Below are positions 48,420 through 60,800 of a DNA stretch of 64,000 bases, piece by piece. The position numbers and the translations under genes are program-made. The DNA comes from Mobula hypostoma. Lineage: Eukaryota. The stretch is from assembly GCF_963921235.1 (NCBI RefSeq), contig NC_086097.1:184886001-184950000 (forward strand). Direction: 5' to 3'. The notes under the pieces were generated by a model. The model was not told where the DNA came from. It worked only from the letters and a program-made list of their open reading frames with translations, and did no database searches. How positions within the stretch are numbered: the first letter of the stretch is position 1; each line of letters opens with the position of its first letter.

Positions 48420-50147
48420 AAGGTTGTGTGATTTAGAACTACTTGTGAGATTTTAACCTGGAGTGGTAAGGGATAGGAACCAGGGGAGCAAGGCAACTAG
48501 TGGAGGCTTGGAGTAGAAGGTCAATGCTATGACAAGCAAGTCTGGAAGGAAGGATGGTCAGATTCATGAACATGATGTGTATTTATTTTAATGCAAGGAG
48601 TATAATGGGGAAAGCAGACGAACTTAGACCCTGGATTGATATATAGAATTATGCTGCTGTGGCCATTACAGACTCTAAGTTGCGAGAGGAACAGGACTGG
48701 CAGCTCAATGCTCTTGGGTTTCGATGTTTTTAACAAGATAAAGAGGTAGGTAAGTGACAGATGAGTTGCATTAGTAATCAGGAAGACTGTTACAGTTGCA
48801 TTCAGAGGGGATATACTGGAGGGCTCATCCACTGAAGCAACAGGTATAGAGCTCAAAATAGGATGGATGCAAACACTCTGATGAGCTAATATGAAAGGCC
48901 TCCCAATAGCCACCAGGAGATAGGGGAACAGATATATTAACAGATTATACAAAGATATAAATCCAACAGGGTAGTTCAAGTGGGTGACTTTAACATCCCC
49001 AATCTTGACTGGAATTTCCTTGCTGCACAAGACTTAGATAGGGCAGAATTTCTTCAGTGCATTCAAAAGCATTTCTTGAAACAGTATATAGGTCATCCAT
49101 TTAGAGGAGGAACTATACTGGACATGGTTTTGGGAAATGGGCTTGAGCAAGAGACTGGCTGTTTAGTCAGAGAACATTTTGGGAATAGAGATCACAACTT
49201 CTTAAGTTTCAAGATAGCTATGAATATGAATAAATCTGGACCTGGTAGGAAAGGGCAAATAATGACATTTTGAGGCAGAGGCCAGGGGGAGTTAATTGTT
49301 ATTACCAAGTCAACACCTGGCATGTGGAAGTTGTTCAAAGATCAGCTGATCAGAGCTCAGGAGTGGCATGTTTTAGTAAAGAGGAAGGACAAAGAAGGCA
49401 AAGAAAGGAAACTTTGGATGACAAACAAAGTTATGAATGTGGTCAAAAAGAAAAAGGAAGCAAATGGAGACGCATTTTAGATGAAAGGGGTAATTTGAAA
49501 GGAGATATGAGGGGTAAGATTTTACACAGAGCGTGGTGGGTGCCTGAAATTTGCTGCCTGTGGTGGAGGTAGAGGCAGATACATTAGAGACTTTTAAGGA
49601 ACATTCAGATAAGCAAATGAATGTAAGGAAAATGGAGGCATGTGGATACTGTATAGGCAGAAGACATTAGTTTAGTAAGCCATTTGATTTCTAATTTAAT
49701 TGGTTTGACACAACATTGTGGCCTGAAGGGCCTGTTCCTGCCATGTAGTGTTTTATGTTCTATGCCCTGTGTTCCTACGTAAAGTTTATGAAGTTAAAAT
49801 CAGACATGGCCTTTGAAGAATATAGTGATAACAGGAAAGAGATCAAACAAAGGTATAGGAAGTACAACATAGGCCATAAAATGTCCTTTGCAAGGAGGAT
49901 TACGAAGAATCCCAATGCATTTTATATTCACATTAAAAGCAAGAGGATAACTAGGGAGAAAGGGAAAGGAGGGGGGATAAAGGTGAAAACCATGTTTAGA
50001 GTCAGAGGATGTGGGCGAGATACTCATAAGTATTTTGTGTTCATATTCAACAAGGAGAAGGATATGGGAAATACTGAAATTAGTGTGGGCGTACTCATAT
50101 GCTTGGGCATTCTGAGATCAAGAAGGAGGTCATGCTGGGTCTTTTAG
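48420..50147 (+). mobile_element. Degraded CR1 (endonuclease and tether) containing a nested same-strand CR1 3' end at ~49470-49776
   Basis: YFNARSIMGKADEL, GDFNIPNLDW, GNRDHN, ITKNPNAFYIHIKSKRI. The nested piece has KGDMRGKILHRAW and GGCCTGAAGGGCCTG..TATGTTCTATG. Confidence 0.82.
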
Positions 50148-50149
50148 GG

Positions 50150-51082
50150 TCCTGCTATTCATTGTGATACTCCTAGGTGGATTTGACTTTCCAAAATGCC
50201 ACAGCTTACACATCCACATTAAACTCTATCTGCCATTCCTTGGCCCACTTACTCAGCTGATCAAGGTTCCCCTGTAGTTATTAATAACCTTCCTCATTAT
50301 CCACTACACCACCTATTTTAGTATCATCTGCAGATCTACTAACCATAGCTTGTTTTACAGATTGTTAATGTACAGTTCTGTGCAAAGCCTTAGCCCCAGA
50401 TATATATGTAGCTAGGGTGACTACGACTTCTGCACATTCCTGTAGTAATTTTATGTATTGGACTGTACTGCTGCTGTGAAAAGAAAACAGATTTCATAAC
50501 ATATGTGAGTGATGCTAAATCTGATTCCGATATGGTTATCTATTGTGAACTGAGAGTGGGAAGGGGCAGGGAGAAGAGGATCATGGTTGGGAAAAGGGGA
50601 AGCACCAGAGCGACATTCTGTAATGATCAATAAACCAGTTGTTTGGACTCAAATGACCTTGCCTGGTGTCTCAGGCTGGGTGTGTCTGCACCCGCACCAC
50701 TCCCCGCCCTGGCACTCCGTCTCTGCAACCTGCCCCAAACTCCTCCCACAGTACTCCACCCTCACCATTCCCAACATTTTTTGCTCCAGCTAGCTCTACA
50801 AACACACTCTCTGCTGACAAATACAACACTGTGCAAAGGTCTTAGGTACCCTAGCTATAGATATGTGCCTAAGACTTTTGCACAGTACTGTAGATGACAA
50901 ACAACAATGGGCCCAGCACCGAAACCTGAGGCATAGTCCCTTCAGCCTGAGAAACAACCTTCCAGCAGCACCTTGTGTTTTTTAACCATCAGACCAAATG
51001 TATATCCAGTAAACCTGCTCGTTCTGGATTCCGTGCCATCCAACTTCCCAGTGCAGCCTGCCATGTGGAACCTTATCAAAGG
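50150..51082 (-). mobile_element. CR1 RT fragment, inverted relative to the adjacent CR1 and split by a DNA transposon
   Basis: Minus strand FDKVPHGRL, PQVSVLGPLLFVI|YINNL, SADDTKIGGVVD, WAKEWQIEFNVD. Confidence 0.85.
50373..50890. mobile_element. Composite Tc1/mariner-type non-autonomous transposon (two inverted mini-MITEs plus cargo)
   Basis: TA TSD (50371-72, 50891-92). Outer TIRs CAGTTCTGTGCAAAGCCTTAG / CTAAGACTTTTGCACAGTACTG. Inner TIR copies end at 50442 and start at 50824. Confidence 0.85.
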
Positions 51083-51369
51083 TTAAAGTTGTTTGAAACC
51101 AATAGAACTGAATAAGAGAATGTAATGTGAATTATGTGATATTTCTCATTGTGCATCATTAGTTCAATGTCTACCATCTATTAAGTATCAGGGGAGAGTC
51201 ACTTCCGTTTAAATTTTCTGTACTACTCGGGGATACACTACTGACGTGTATCAGCAACAGCAGATATTATATTTGTAAAGACTCGGCATGACACAGGGAG
51301 AATTGTACTTATAGGGCTCTAAGCCAAAGACAGTCTGCAGTTCAGCTGAACTGCTGCTCCTTATATTGT

Positions 51370-52460
51370 AGTGTAGATGGACCAGAGTTGGCAGCAACGG
51401 GTGTTATTCTCCTGTTGTTTTGGGGAACGTGCTGCTGTTGTTTGGAGCAGGTGGCAGAGCCCAGCAGGTGGGGACCGAACGCCTGGATCTGCGAGGGCAG
51501 CGGCTTCCCCTGACAGGCGGGGCGAGCGGTGCATCCTGAGTGCAGACACAGCCGGCGCTAACGGCAAAAGCAGGCTCTCTCCCACCCCCGCTCCCCACCG
51601 CCCTTCCAGTTCAACAATTAACCAGTGCCAGCTTTTACACTGAATTCTTCTTGAAGAAATTCCTCGTCTGGCCCACATAGTTGAGGTACTGTGTAAATAA
51701 CGTGCATATTTTACCTATAATGATATTTTAAGTAGAGGTGAAAAAATCACGTGTTAAAATCGTACATTTGTATTTTGCATGCAAAAAAATCAGAGCGGAA
51801 AATGCAGCATCGGCGCAGCTGTGTTTCGTATCGTTTAGCTAGTTGAATGTTATGAAAAAAAAACTAACAGACTGGAAATAAGCCAGCAGAAGGGGGATTA
51901 TGATGCCGATCTCAGAGTAGCTGGATTCTGGAAGTCCCGTTTTAATAGCAGATCGCGATAAGACACAGGGAGGAAAGCCAGGAGCTCTCGCTGGAGCAGA
52001 TGGCAGAGAAGGAAAGTGCTTGAGCCGAGCCCGAATGCAGCAACAGCAGCAGCCCTTCCCTCTGTTCCCGGCAGCCGGGCTTGGGAAAGCATCACCAGGG
52101 ATCAAGGCGCACAAACACAGCTCTCAGGCAGAGGGGAGGGAGAGAGAGAGCGAGCAGGAGACACTCCACCAGTTTATTGTTAACATATTCTTGACCTCCT
52201 GACCTCCTTCACGACACAGATGTCTGCTCTACCTCTTTCAACTCCCCCTGGCTAAACCCCACCCACCCCGCACCTGGGGAGTGAGGAACCAGTTTCAGAG
52301 CCAGGCTGCTTTGCGGATAGGACTCCTCATTTCAACTGCTAGCTGCTAACAAGACTATCTACCGGCTGCGCACATCTATGGAGGGCGGCTGCCTGGAGTT
52401 TGTCTTCTGATCTGACATCGTCACGGTCGATGCTGCCGGGGCTGTTAGCATCAAAAGGAA
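51370..52460. promoter_or_regulatory. CpG-rich promoter-like region of an unidentified host gene
   Basis: Non-repetitive, with GC and CpG clearly higher than the flanks. GC box GGCGGGGCG (~51516), GA tract (52130-52152), DR2 TGACCTccTGACCT (52192-52205). Lies upstream of a consensus splice donor. Confidence 0.7.
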
Positions 52461-52723
52461 GCAACACGTTTATATTTGTTTTAAAGCAAACAGCTTCCCC
52501 CCACTTTCCTTTTCCCTAAAGTTGGCAATAGTCCTTCTTGCTGGGGAGATCTGAAGTTTTCAGCTTTTTCTTCAGTTGGCGCTGAGTTTTACTTGTGGAC
52601 GGATCTGCTTGGTTACAGGAAGAAACTTACATTCTTTCCTCATTGTATATTTCGTGGCGGAGGTCTGGAAGTTCTGTAATTTAATAAATATACGAATGGT
52701 TGGAATCTCTGGATCTTATCAAC
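52300..52723 (+). other. Probable first exon (start approximate); 5' UTR, possibly with short coding start MVGISGSYQ (ATG 52696)
   Basis: Donor AAC|GTAAGT at 52723/52724 at the 3' edge of the CpG-rich region, followed by >11 kb of AT-rich, T-skewed intron-like sequence. Confidence 0.55.
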
Positions 52724-55700
52724 GTAAGTATGGCTCTTAACAATTGTCCGAATAGTACTTTTCTCTTTCTTTAGCGTCAGTTTAGTTCTCGGAGCATTCA
52801 GACTGCAAGTTACGAGTCCAGACCGTGCAATCGTGGTATTTTGATTTTCTGTGGCGTGACATTTGTCTGATTTTTTGAATCAAATTGTACAAGTCTGGTT
52901 TAAAGTATGTCTCTATTCTTTGTGGAATCGAACTGTAAACGTTATTTGAAGAAAGGGATCAAAATGAAAAAAAAATTACCATGATCTGATCTACATTAAA
53001 TCTAATTCAATGGAAAGTTGTCAGACTGGACAGAGTTGTGCACTTTTAGGTTAATTATATCTCTTAAGTCAGCTACCATCCTTCTGTCAAAACAAGTGTC
53101 TAGTCCTTGAATTTCGGAATTCAGAAATTTCACCAGAGGTTTGCATAATATGTAAAGAACCGCAATTAACTTGTTTGATCTTTGTGGGATTTGATTATTA
53201 ACTGGTGTTTAAAGTTCTTGTCGTTAGACTTTTGTTGGATCTATTTTCAGCACCTAATCCTATTATCCAGGAAGCATTACATCTGCCTTTGTTTTGGGCT
53301 ACAGTTATGCAATATAATAATAAGGGATTGGGGCAAGGGGGAATGGCTCCACCTGGAGAGTGAGTTGCAGGGTAGTTAGTTCTTACTACCCTTTCCTGTC
53401 AAATCGTATTTTCCCCTTTTACAAGAAATGCATTCTAAATGCAGAGTATTCAATGCAAAGCCCAATTCATTAAGATTCTTAGTGACTGCTTTAGTTGTGA
53501 GCAGCTCAGACTGAAAGAAAGTTAGCATCTGCAATTTTGCATTTGAAAACATGAGTTGTCGCAATTGTCAGTTTCATCTTTTGACTTACTTTGATGGTTT
53601 TCCCAATGCTGTTCATTAATGGAGATCTTTTGGTTGTTAAATGGAAGGTTAATATATTGTTTTGAGCTTTGGATTTCAATTATAAGCTTGGTCTTTGTTT
53701 TGTGGGAACTTGTCACATGTGCTGTGATCAAGATGCCTTATCAGTTAAATAAAAGGTGACTTAGAACATGCTTTTTGGGGAGGCCAGTTCTCATGATTAC
53801 AATCAGAAGATGGAAATGGATATCAATTTATGTTTATGGTTTGGTAACCTGTGATCAAATTAATGCGAATGTTATTCTTATTGGATATTAAATTTGCTTT
53901 GCTGCTACTTACGCTTCAATAGAAACTGCCTGGAGTTTATCTAGAGAAGGGGAACACATATTTTTGAAATTCCAACTAGTTTAATTCAATTACCATTGCG
54001 GGACTCTTCAATATTTATTTCGATCTATTTTTATTTTCAAATTAGTTTCTTTAGTTTAAATTTGCCTGTATGTTATATAGGAGAACATACTTAACACATT
54101 AGTTTAGAATAGACTTTAACACTGAAAATCATTTTGAGGACATTAAACCAATAAGGCTTCCCACCTGTTGCATCCACAATCATTTCAGTGAAGTTTATTT
54201 CTGTTTCTCTGGATGAGTAGTTAATTGATACTGACAGAAACAGGAAAATTCCACAGACTTAACTTTTTTGGAATGCTTTGTTTCCTCAGTAGGTTTAAAG
54301 AGTGCGTATTGTTTTAAATGGTCCATATTATGGTTGCTATTCCAACAGGGTGAAGAATTTCACTCTTCAGAGGGGCATAACACATATCATAACATAGCAC
54401 TTAGTTATTCAACTTCATATAAAAAGTAAAAATAGGAGATAAATGCTAACTTAACATCAATGGTATTTTATTAATCTTTCTTTCATCCTGTAAAAATTGT
54501 TGTGATCTACAACTACCATTGCAGAAGATTATGGCTTTTATCTTGTATATACTAAATTTATGAAAAATGATTTTATAAAATAAATCCTAATATTGTGCAG
54601 CAGATATTGCTGGGTAGAAGATTATATTGAAATGTTTCTTCTTCATTTTTAGAGAGAAACTAGTTTTTTTCCTGTATTATATTTCAGAATATTGACAAGA
54701 TTTTAGTTTGTTGGAGCTAAAAATGTGCTCTCTAAGATTGATAGAATTTTGATGTTTATAAATACTGCATGTTATGAGCCAGTCCAGAGAACAATAATGC
54801 AATTGGTTCTCGAATTTACTGCAGGAAGGAGAAGGAACAGCATCCCCTAGTGAGAATATAGTGCTGAAAGTATTCTTCACAACAAAGCAATATAACATTT
54901 GATCCAGAGTTATATTTGTTGAAATACTGTATGACATTTATCACATTTTAAAATCATATCTGTTCAACAGTTCTTCAATCTGTGAAGCAGATCTAAAGTG
55001 CTTTAATTTATGCAAGCCCAAGAAGTTATCCAAGAACAAGGATAAAAATGCACTTTGCTTAAGTGTAAGGATATTAGTGATTCTAAATTACAACAAATTT
55101 AATTTTTATATTTCAATGAATTGGGGATGTGTGTGTATAATTACGAAGGTGCTAAAGTACATTTTAATATTGATTTTATTATCAGTGTCCCTAACTTTAT
55201 TATTAATGTGGTTAGGTCTGAATACAGGGATTATTTAATTGGAAAAGCATCAATTTAATTTGTTATGGGTAATTGTTTTACTAAGTGTTGAGTGGGGTTA
55301 CTTACATGGTGTTTAAATAGAACAAGGCTCTGTCCAACTTCAGTAGCGGTCTGTAAGTGTAGAGGGCTTGCATCTGTCAATCCACACTAATTATAGATTA
55401 AGGCTAAAGAAATGAAATATAAGCAGTCGCTGTCAGTGATTACTTTAGCTGTTCTAGAAATCGAGTATTTGTGAACTGCAAGCATTTAGAAAACAAAATA
55501 TTGACTCAATGATAATTTTATTGTTTCCATTAATAGTCATTCCATCTTGTAATTATTGTTCTTGGCTATACATCCGAACCTTATTATTAAAACTGGATTA
55601 TAACTCCAAAAATGAAGGCAGTAGTTTGTCTGGTGAAAAAATGTTCTCACAAGGTCACTTTTGTAAGTTAAATGTTATTTTAGTTTGTCATGCCCATAGT

Positions 55701-58700
55701 CATATCAATGAGGCTTCCATGTTATTGGATTAGTTGTGGATTTGTGACAGAGCCTTTTTATCTACCATATTCATAGTGGTGCCAAGCTTTTCATCAGCTT
55801 TTTTATATAACAGTTCTGCTTTTCCACTCACATCATGGCAATGTGCTCTCACAATTTGAGCAGTTTTCCACCAGGTGACAGGTGTCCTGCCAGGCTGCAG
55901 TTGGCCAGGAGTCCATTTTCTATAATCCTCAGTCCGTGTTTTCCCTTTGAGTTGCCAATTAACTTCTTACACACCCTCTGTTTATTTTCCTGGATCCATC
56001 TGGGCTGAGCTGATATTGTAATCACTCTAATGCACATTGCCTTTCCTTCACACACAATGTGCCATCATGACGAGCCTTTTATTTTAGATAAGCCGAGGAA
56101 GTGTGTTTAATGAATACAAACCCGTTGTGCTGGTGTGCACTCTGCCAGAAGGTAATCTCCATGAATAGGTGCTTTCAGTGTTTGGAGGAGATGCATAAGT
56201 CGATAAGGCTAAGAGTGAAGATGTAACCTGTTATCTGCTGCTCCTCTTGCTGGCAGTGAATTTACATTTAAAGATTAACAGTGAAGAAAAGCTGCCTTTT
56301 GACAAGGTTAGGTATCATTCCTGGTCTTGACAGTATCTGACATCACCTAAACCATTTCTGCAGGACTTCTAAAGGTGAGATTACCAGAGTCGTTATCTTT
56401 AATTGGGTTCAGCATTCCATCTCGGACTGCTTTCTGTAGTGTAAAACTAAGTACTGGGAGATGATAATGGAGAACAAAGGATTATTTATTGATGTGGTTT
56501 TATAACCATTAGAATACTAAAGAATATGGCCAGGGTAATGACTTGATTTGCTATTTCATTATGTGTAAATTGTCTGAAAATAGTCTTGCCTCTCACAGAA
56601 AAACCAATAAAGCTCTTGAAATGAAGAGGCAGAAAGCCTTTGTCTTATTTTGATGGGATACATTTGATAGCACTCGCTCTCTTGTGTTGTAAGGCTGTAG
56701 GGACTGGTGTGGGTTTGTTTAAATATAGGTAATATTGCTCAGATAGCATAAAACACATGTAAAAATGGTTAGATTATTTCAAATCAGCAACAGAATGATT
56801 TTTAAAAAATTTATGATTTGTTTTTTTTGCACGGTGTGAGTATTTTGTTTTGAGGTATAATTGCAACTCGTCAATAGATTGAAACAATGGAAATCATTAT
56901 TTACTTCTGGGCATATTGGCATTTTGTGTCCGTGGCTAGCTCAGTGTGTGGTGAGATATTTTAGGATCTCACTGGTTACTGTATACAAATATTGCTGTAA
57001 CTGACCTTTATGTCCTTAGACAACCCAGTTGATGTTTGCAGATTCCTCCTAGGGAGTTATTATTTAAACAGGGGTATTACATTACATAAGATGCAAATAC
57101 ATGGCCTTGTAACAATTTAAACCTTCTTGAATCAGTTCTTATATTATATCATTCAGTAAAAGAGGGAAATTTAAAGCCTGGTGTAATGCTGGTCGGTCTA
57201 AATCATCTGCCTTCTAATTGTGGGTATGCGGATGACTTTTAAGAATATTCAAGACTATTATTTTCATGAAATTGTTGAGCTTCTGTTTGATCAGCAGGTG
57301 CTGCTAAGATGAAAGCCATGCACAAATTATTTCAAGGGTAAAAAGTGTCGATTGAAAATGAATGTGATAAAAGAAAGAGCAATCCGTTTTCTGTTTTCAA
57401 TTTGTGCAAAGTTTGAAGAGGTATTCTGCTAAACTGCCACATCTGTTCCATTTTGGAAATTGCAGTACAAGCTCCTATAAATAAAGTGCTTTTTATTGGT
57501 CTAAATAGCTTGAGTTTACAAAATGGACAAAAATATTTCCTGTGGAATCTTGATAGTAATTTGGCTCTGCGTGACATTTTCTTTTTAGTAATTATTGATA
57601 ATTATGGAAGTGATTATAAAGATGGTAGCAGCATTTTTGCTAAAGAAAGATGGAAGATAGTACTACTGCTAGAAATGTTGTATTTAATTATGAAAATCAA
57701 GTCTGAACATTAGTACCTAGATTAACTATGCATTTTGTTTGGGTTTTTGAGTGGTGTATTCATGTTCCAGCTTTTGAAATGGATTCCATTCTTGATTTAT
57801 GGAAGTACTGGAGTGGCATGTGTCTTATGACATTCACCTACTGTATCTTCACACAGTTTTATTGAATTTCATGACTTAGTGCAAACAATACTGAGACAAA
57901 AAGCACCTGATTCTGAAATCTAATTTTCTCAACAAGCATTATAGCTACTTCTTTCTCCTCTAGAGTTTGCAAATAAAGAACAAAATTTTAACTTGTACCT
58001 TTCAAATATCATGTAATTTTTATAATATCACACAATTTCCCAGCTTTATTTAAAATTTTAGTACCTTTACATCGCACATTTAATCATATTTCTAATTAGG
58101 AATATAAGGCAAATTCTTTGATTTGAAATAAAAGAGAAACATTTGTGAGGTTTTACAATGGAAGGTGGTAAAGGAGGATAAAAAATGTTAATAATGTAAA
58201 CCGGCGATACATTAGTTAAAAAATATACCCTAAGAAATAACTCAACCCCAGTAAGCACTAGTGCACTTGCTCACATATTGCGTTTGCAGTTTGCTGCTGA
58301 GTTCATTATTTGCATTAGTAATGCAATTATTAAATAAAATCTCAGCACAATAATGTAATTGTACAGGTACAATTAAAATACTTGTAAAAATATTCTGAAA
58401 GGAGGAGGGTTTGGTGGGATATTTCAGAGTGGAGCAATATAAAGAAAAAATGTATAATATTTTAGTGTTTAATTGTTGTAGAGTTGCCTGGAGGCATTTT
58501 AAAACTTGGTTTGCTACATTGCCTTCATGCTCAGACGCTCAGCAGATGAAATCAGAAAATCATGTTTGCAGCTGGGCAATTACAATGGTACCCAAAATCT
58601 GTGACTATTGACCATGAACGCAGATGCCTTCAAAGTTATATTTTCTTGCATGTGGAGGTTGTTGGCATGAAACAGATGCCTTCATTTTTTTTGAGAAGTC

Positions 58701-60800
58701 AGCCTGTGGATATAATTGGTTCTCTCTTCCCATCCTCCAGGGAGAGTCTCTCACAGATGAAATCAGATGAGAAAAAAATTCGCACAAAGCAAACGTATTC
58801 ATGGTTTAACCGCCCGGTGCTGCAGACAGTCAGTGACTAGATTCCCTCATATTTATGGAATAAAAAGTAACAATGTCGACATTTTTTTCAATTTTATTAC
58901 TGTAATAAAAAATCAATTTGGCATTACTGTAGCTAATATGTATTTGCATCTGAACTAAATTATATATACAATAGTGTGGATGATTTTAAAATCCTTTTCT
59001 GGCAAAGCTAAGCTTTTACAAAATGAGTACATTTTAGCATATGGTTGGAATCAATCAAAAAATATCTTGTGCGTGCAACTGATTACAGTACCATCTGCCA
59101 TAAAAAGTCCTCAGTTGGCATCTTTTTTTACATAATGTCAGTAACACAGGAATCATTTTATTTTAAAAAAAACAATGATTGGCTCCTTCTTCATAGTAAA
59201 GAAAACTTGGGCTTGAATTCAGATAAACATATGGTCTTCATCAGTTCATAAGCTGGTAAGAAAATTGATGCTGCTGCTGTATTTTGGAATGGCGATGTTT
59301 TAATTTCCTCCATTTTCAGACCAATATTTAGTTAATGTTATGACTTGTGTTTTTAATTTTTTGTGCTAAGTTCTACAAGTTGATCACTTCAATGGAAAAT
59401 CAGTATTTCCCACTTTTTTGTTGATCATTTTTATTTGGTAAAGCTTTGGCATTGGCGATTAATTCCTTTGGTTATGGTAGTTTGGCACCTGGACAATTGG
59501 TGCTGTTTTTAATTTGCGAATGTGTTTTCGCTTGAATGAGTTTGCCAATCTGTTTGTTTATTGTGCTGTGGACCACCACATAAGCATTGTGACTGGATAT
59601 CAGAGAGAGGGCAGCATCATTGCAACAATTGAATATAATATATATATTTTAGAATTTGTAACTACAAAGTGGTAATTTATTCTGTCTTGAATGTTTTCTG
59701 GTGATACCTTGAGTGGTACAGAAAATACATCTCTGCAAGAGGTACTTCATTTATTCAGGGCCATTAAAATCACAGAACTGTTAGCGCACAACCCATTTCA
59801 CATAGTGTTGATGCATTGAAATCTTTTACACCATCCCTCCGTTTTGTTCCATTTCCATAATGTTTTATACCCCCATCCATATATATTTTTTTCCAAAACC
59901 AATTTACATGATGTTACATCATCTACCTTATTAGTGACTTGTGGAATTAACCCTCTACCTGGAGAAAGAAAGTTATATAACATGTCTTTCTTCCTGTGAT
60001 AATTATCATTCTCTGACTTTTGGTAACAAAAGGAGATAGTTTATAAATAACATCTTCAATGTTCTAAGGCTGTCTCAAAATGCATTGAACTGATGCAATT
60101 TTATTGTGCACACAAGGACATAAAATTGCTGCATATGGCAAAGCCCTATTAATGTAAAATGATTAGATGTTAAGGTAATAGCCTAGAAATTGGAGGAATT
60201 AGCACTTATTTTCAAGCATGAATCACACACAAATATGATTTAATATATGTAAGGTGGTGTCAGTGATCACTTCTGGGTGAAATTGCACACTTCAGGATAT
60301 TGGCCCAGAGATAATGTGCAACTCATATTAGTATGGCCATTATTTTCCTAGCATTAATTTTGCAGGTAATGTCATATGCTAAATATTACATACTTTCCCC
60401 TTGTCAACATAAGTAGGGGCTTTTGGGTGCAACCAACAAACTTGTTAGAAAATTCATAACAAACTAGGAGTATGTTGTACTGAGAACATTTGGACATTTT
60501 GACATTGTTTCCACAATGGATCTGCCAGCCCCAAACCTCAGTGCTGGTTGTTCCGTCACAAACTGAAGATTTTTATATTCTGCACATCAAAGCCACGTCA
60601 GTAACATTCCATTCTTTGAAGTGATTTGAATGGGGCAGGCCATCAGGGAAGTATGCCGGTTTTCCCTTGCATTTTCCTTCATATCCAGACTGACCTTTTA
60701 TGCAGCTGCTTGTGGTTGCCTGCAGAAAAGTTTCTTTGAGATCTGCAGTCTTCTCAGTGATCATTATGGCAAAGGCATATTAAGTTAGGAGCTTCACAGT

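Noticed and set aside
51686..51716. Alternative donors (plus GAG|GTACTG; minus TAG|GTAAAA) implying a bidirectional promoter
   Set aside because: Both are weak matches and no partner exons could be identified.
55323..55370. ~50-nt imperfect hairpin as pre-miRNA or H/ACA RNA
   Set aside because: Stem too short and bulged, no H or ACA boxes, and no miRNA I recognise.
58741..58828. Candidate second exon after the acceptor TTCTCTCTTCCCATCCTCCAG
   Set aside because: Splicing in phase 1 from 52723 hits a stop after six codons, the peptide in the open frame is unrecognised, and the donors are weak.
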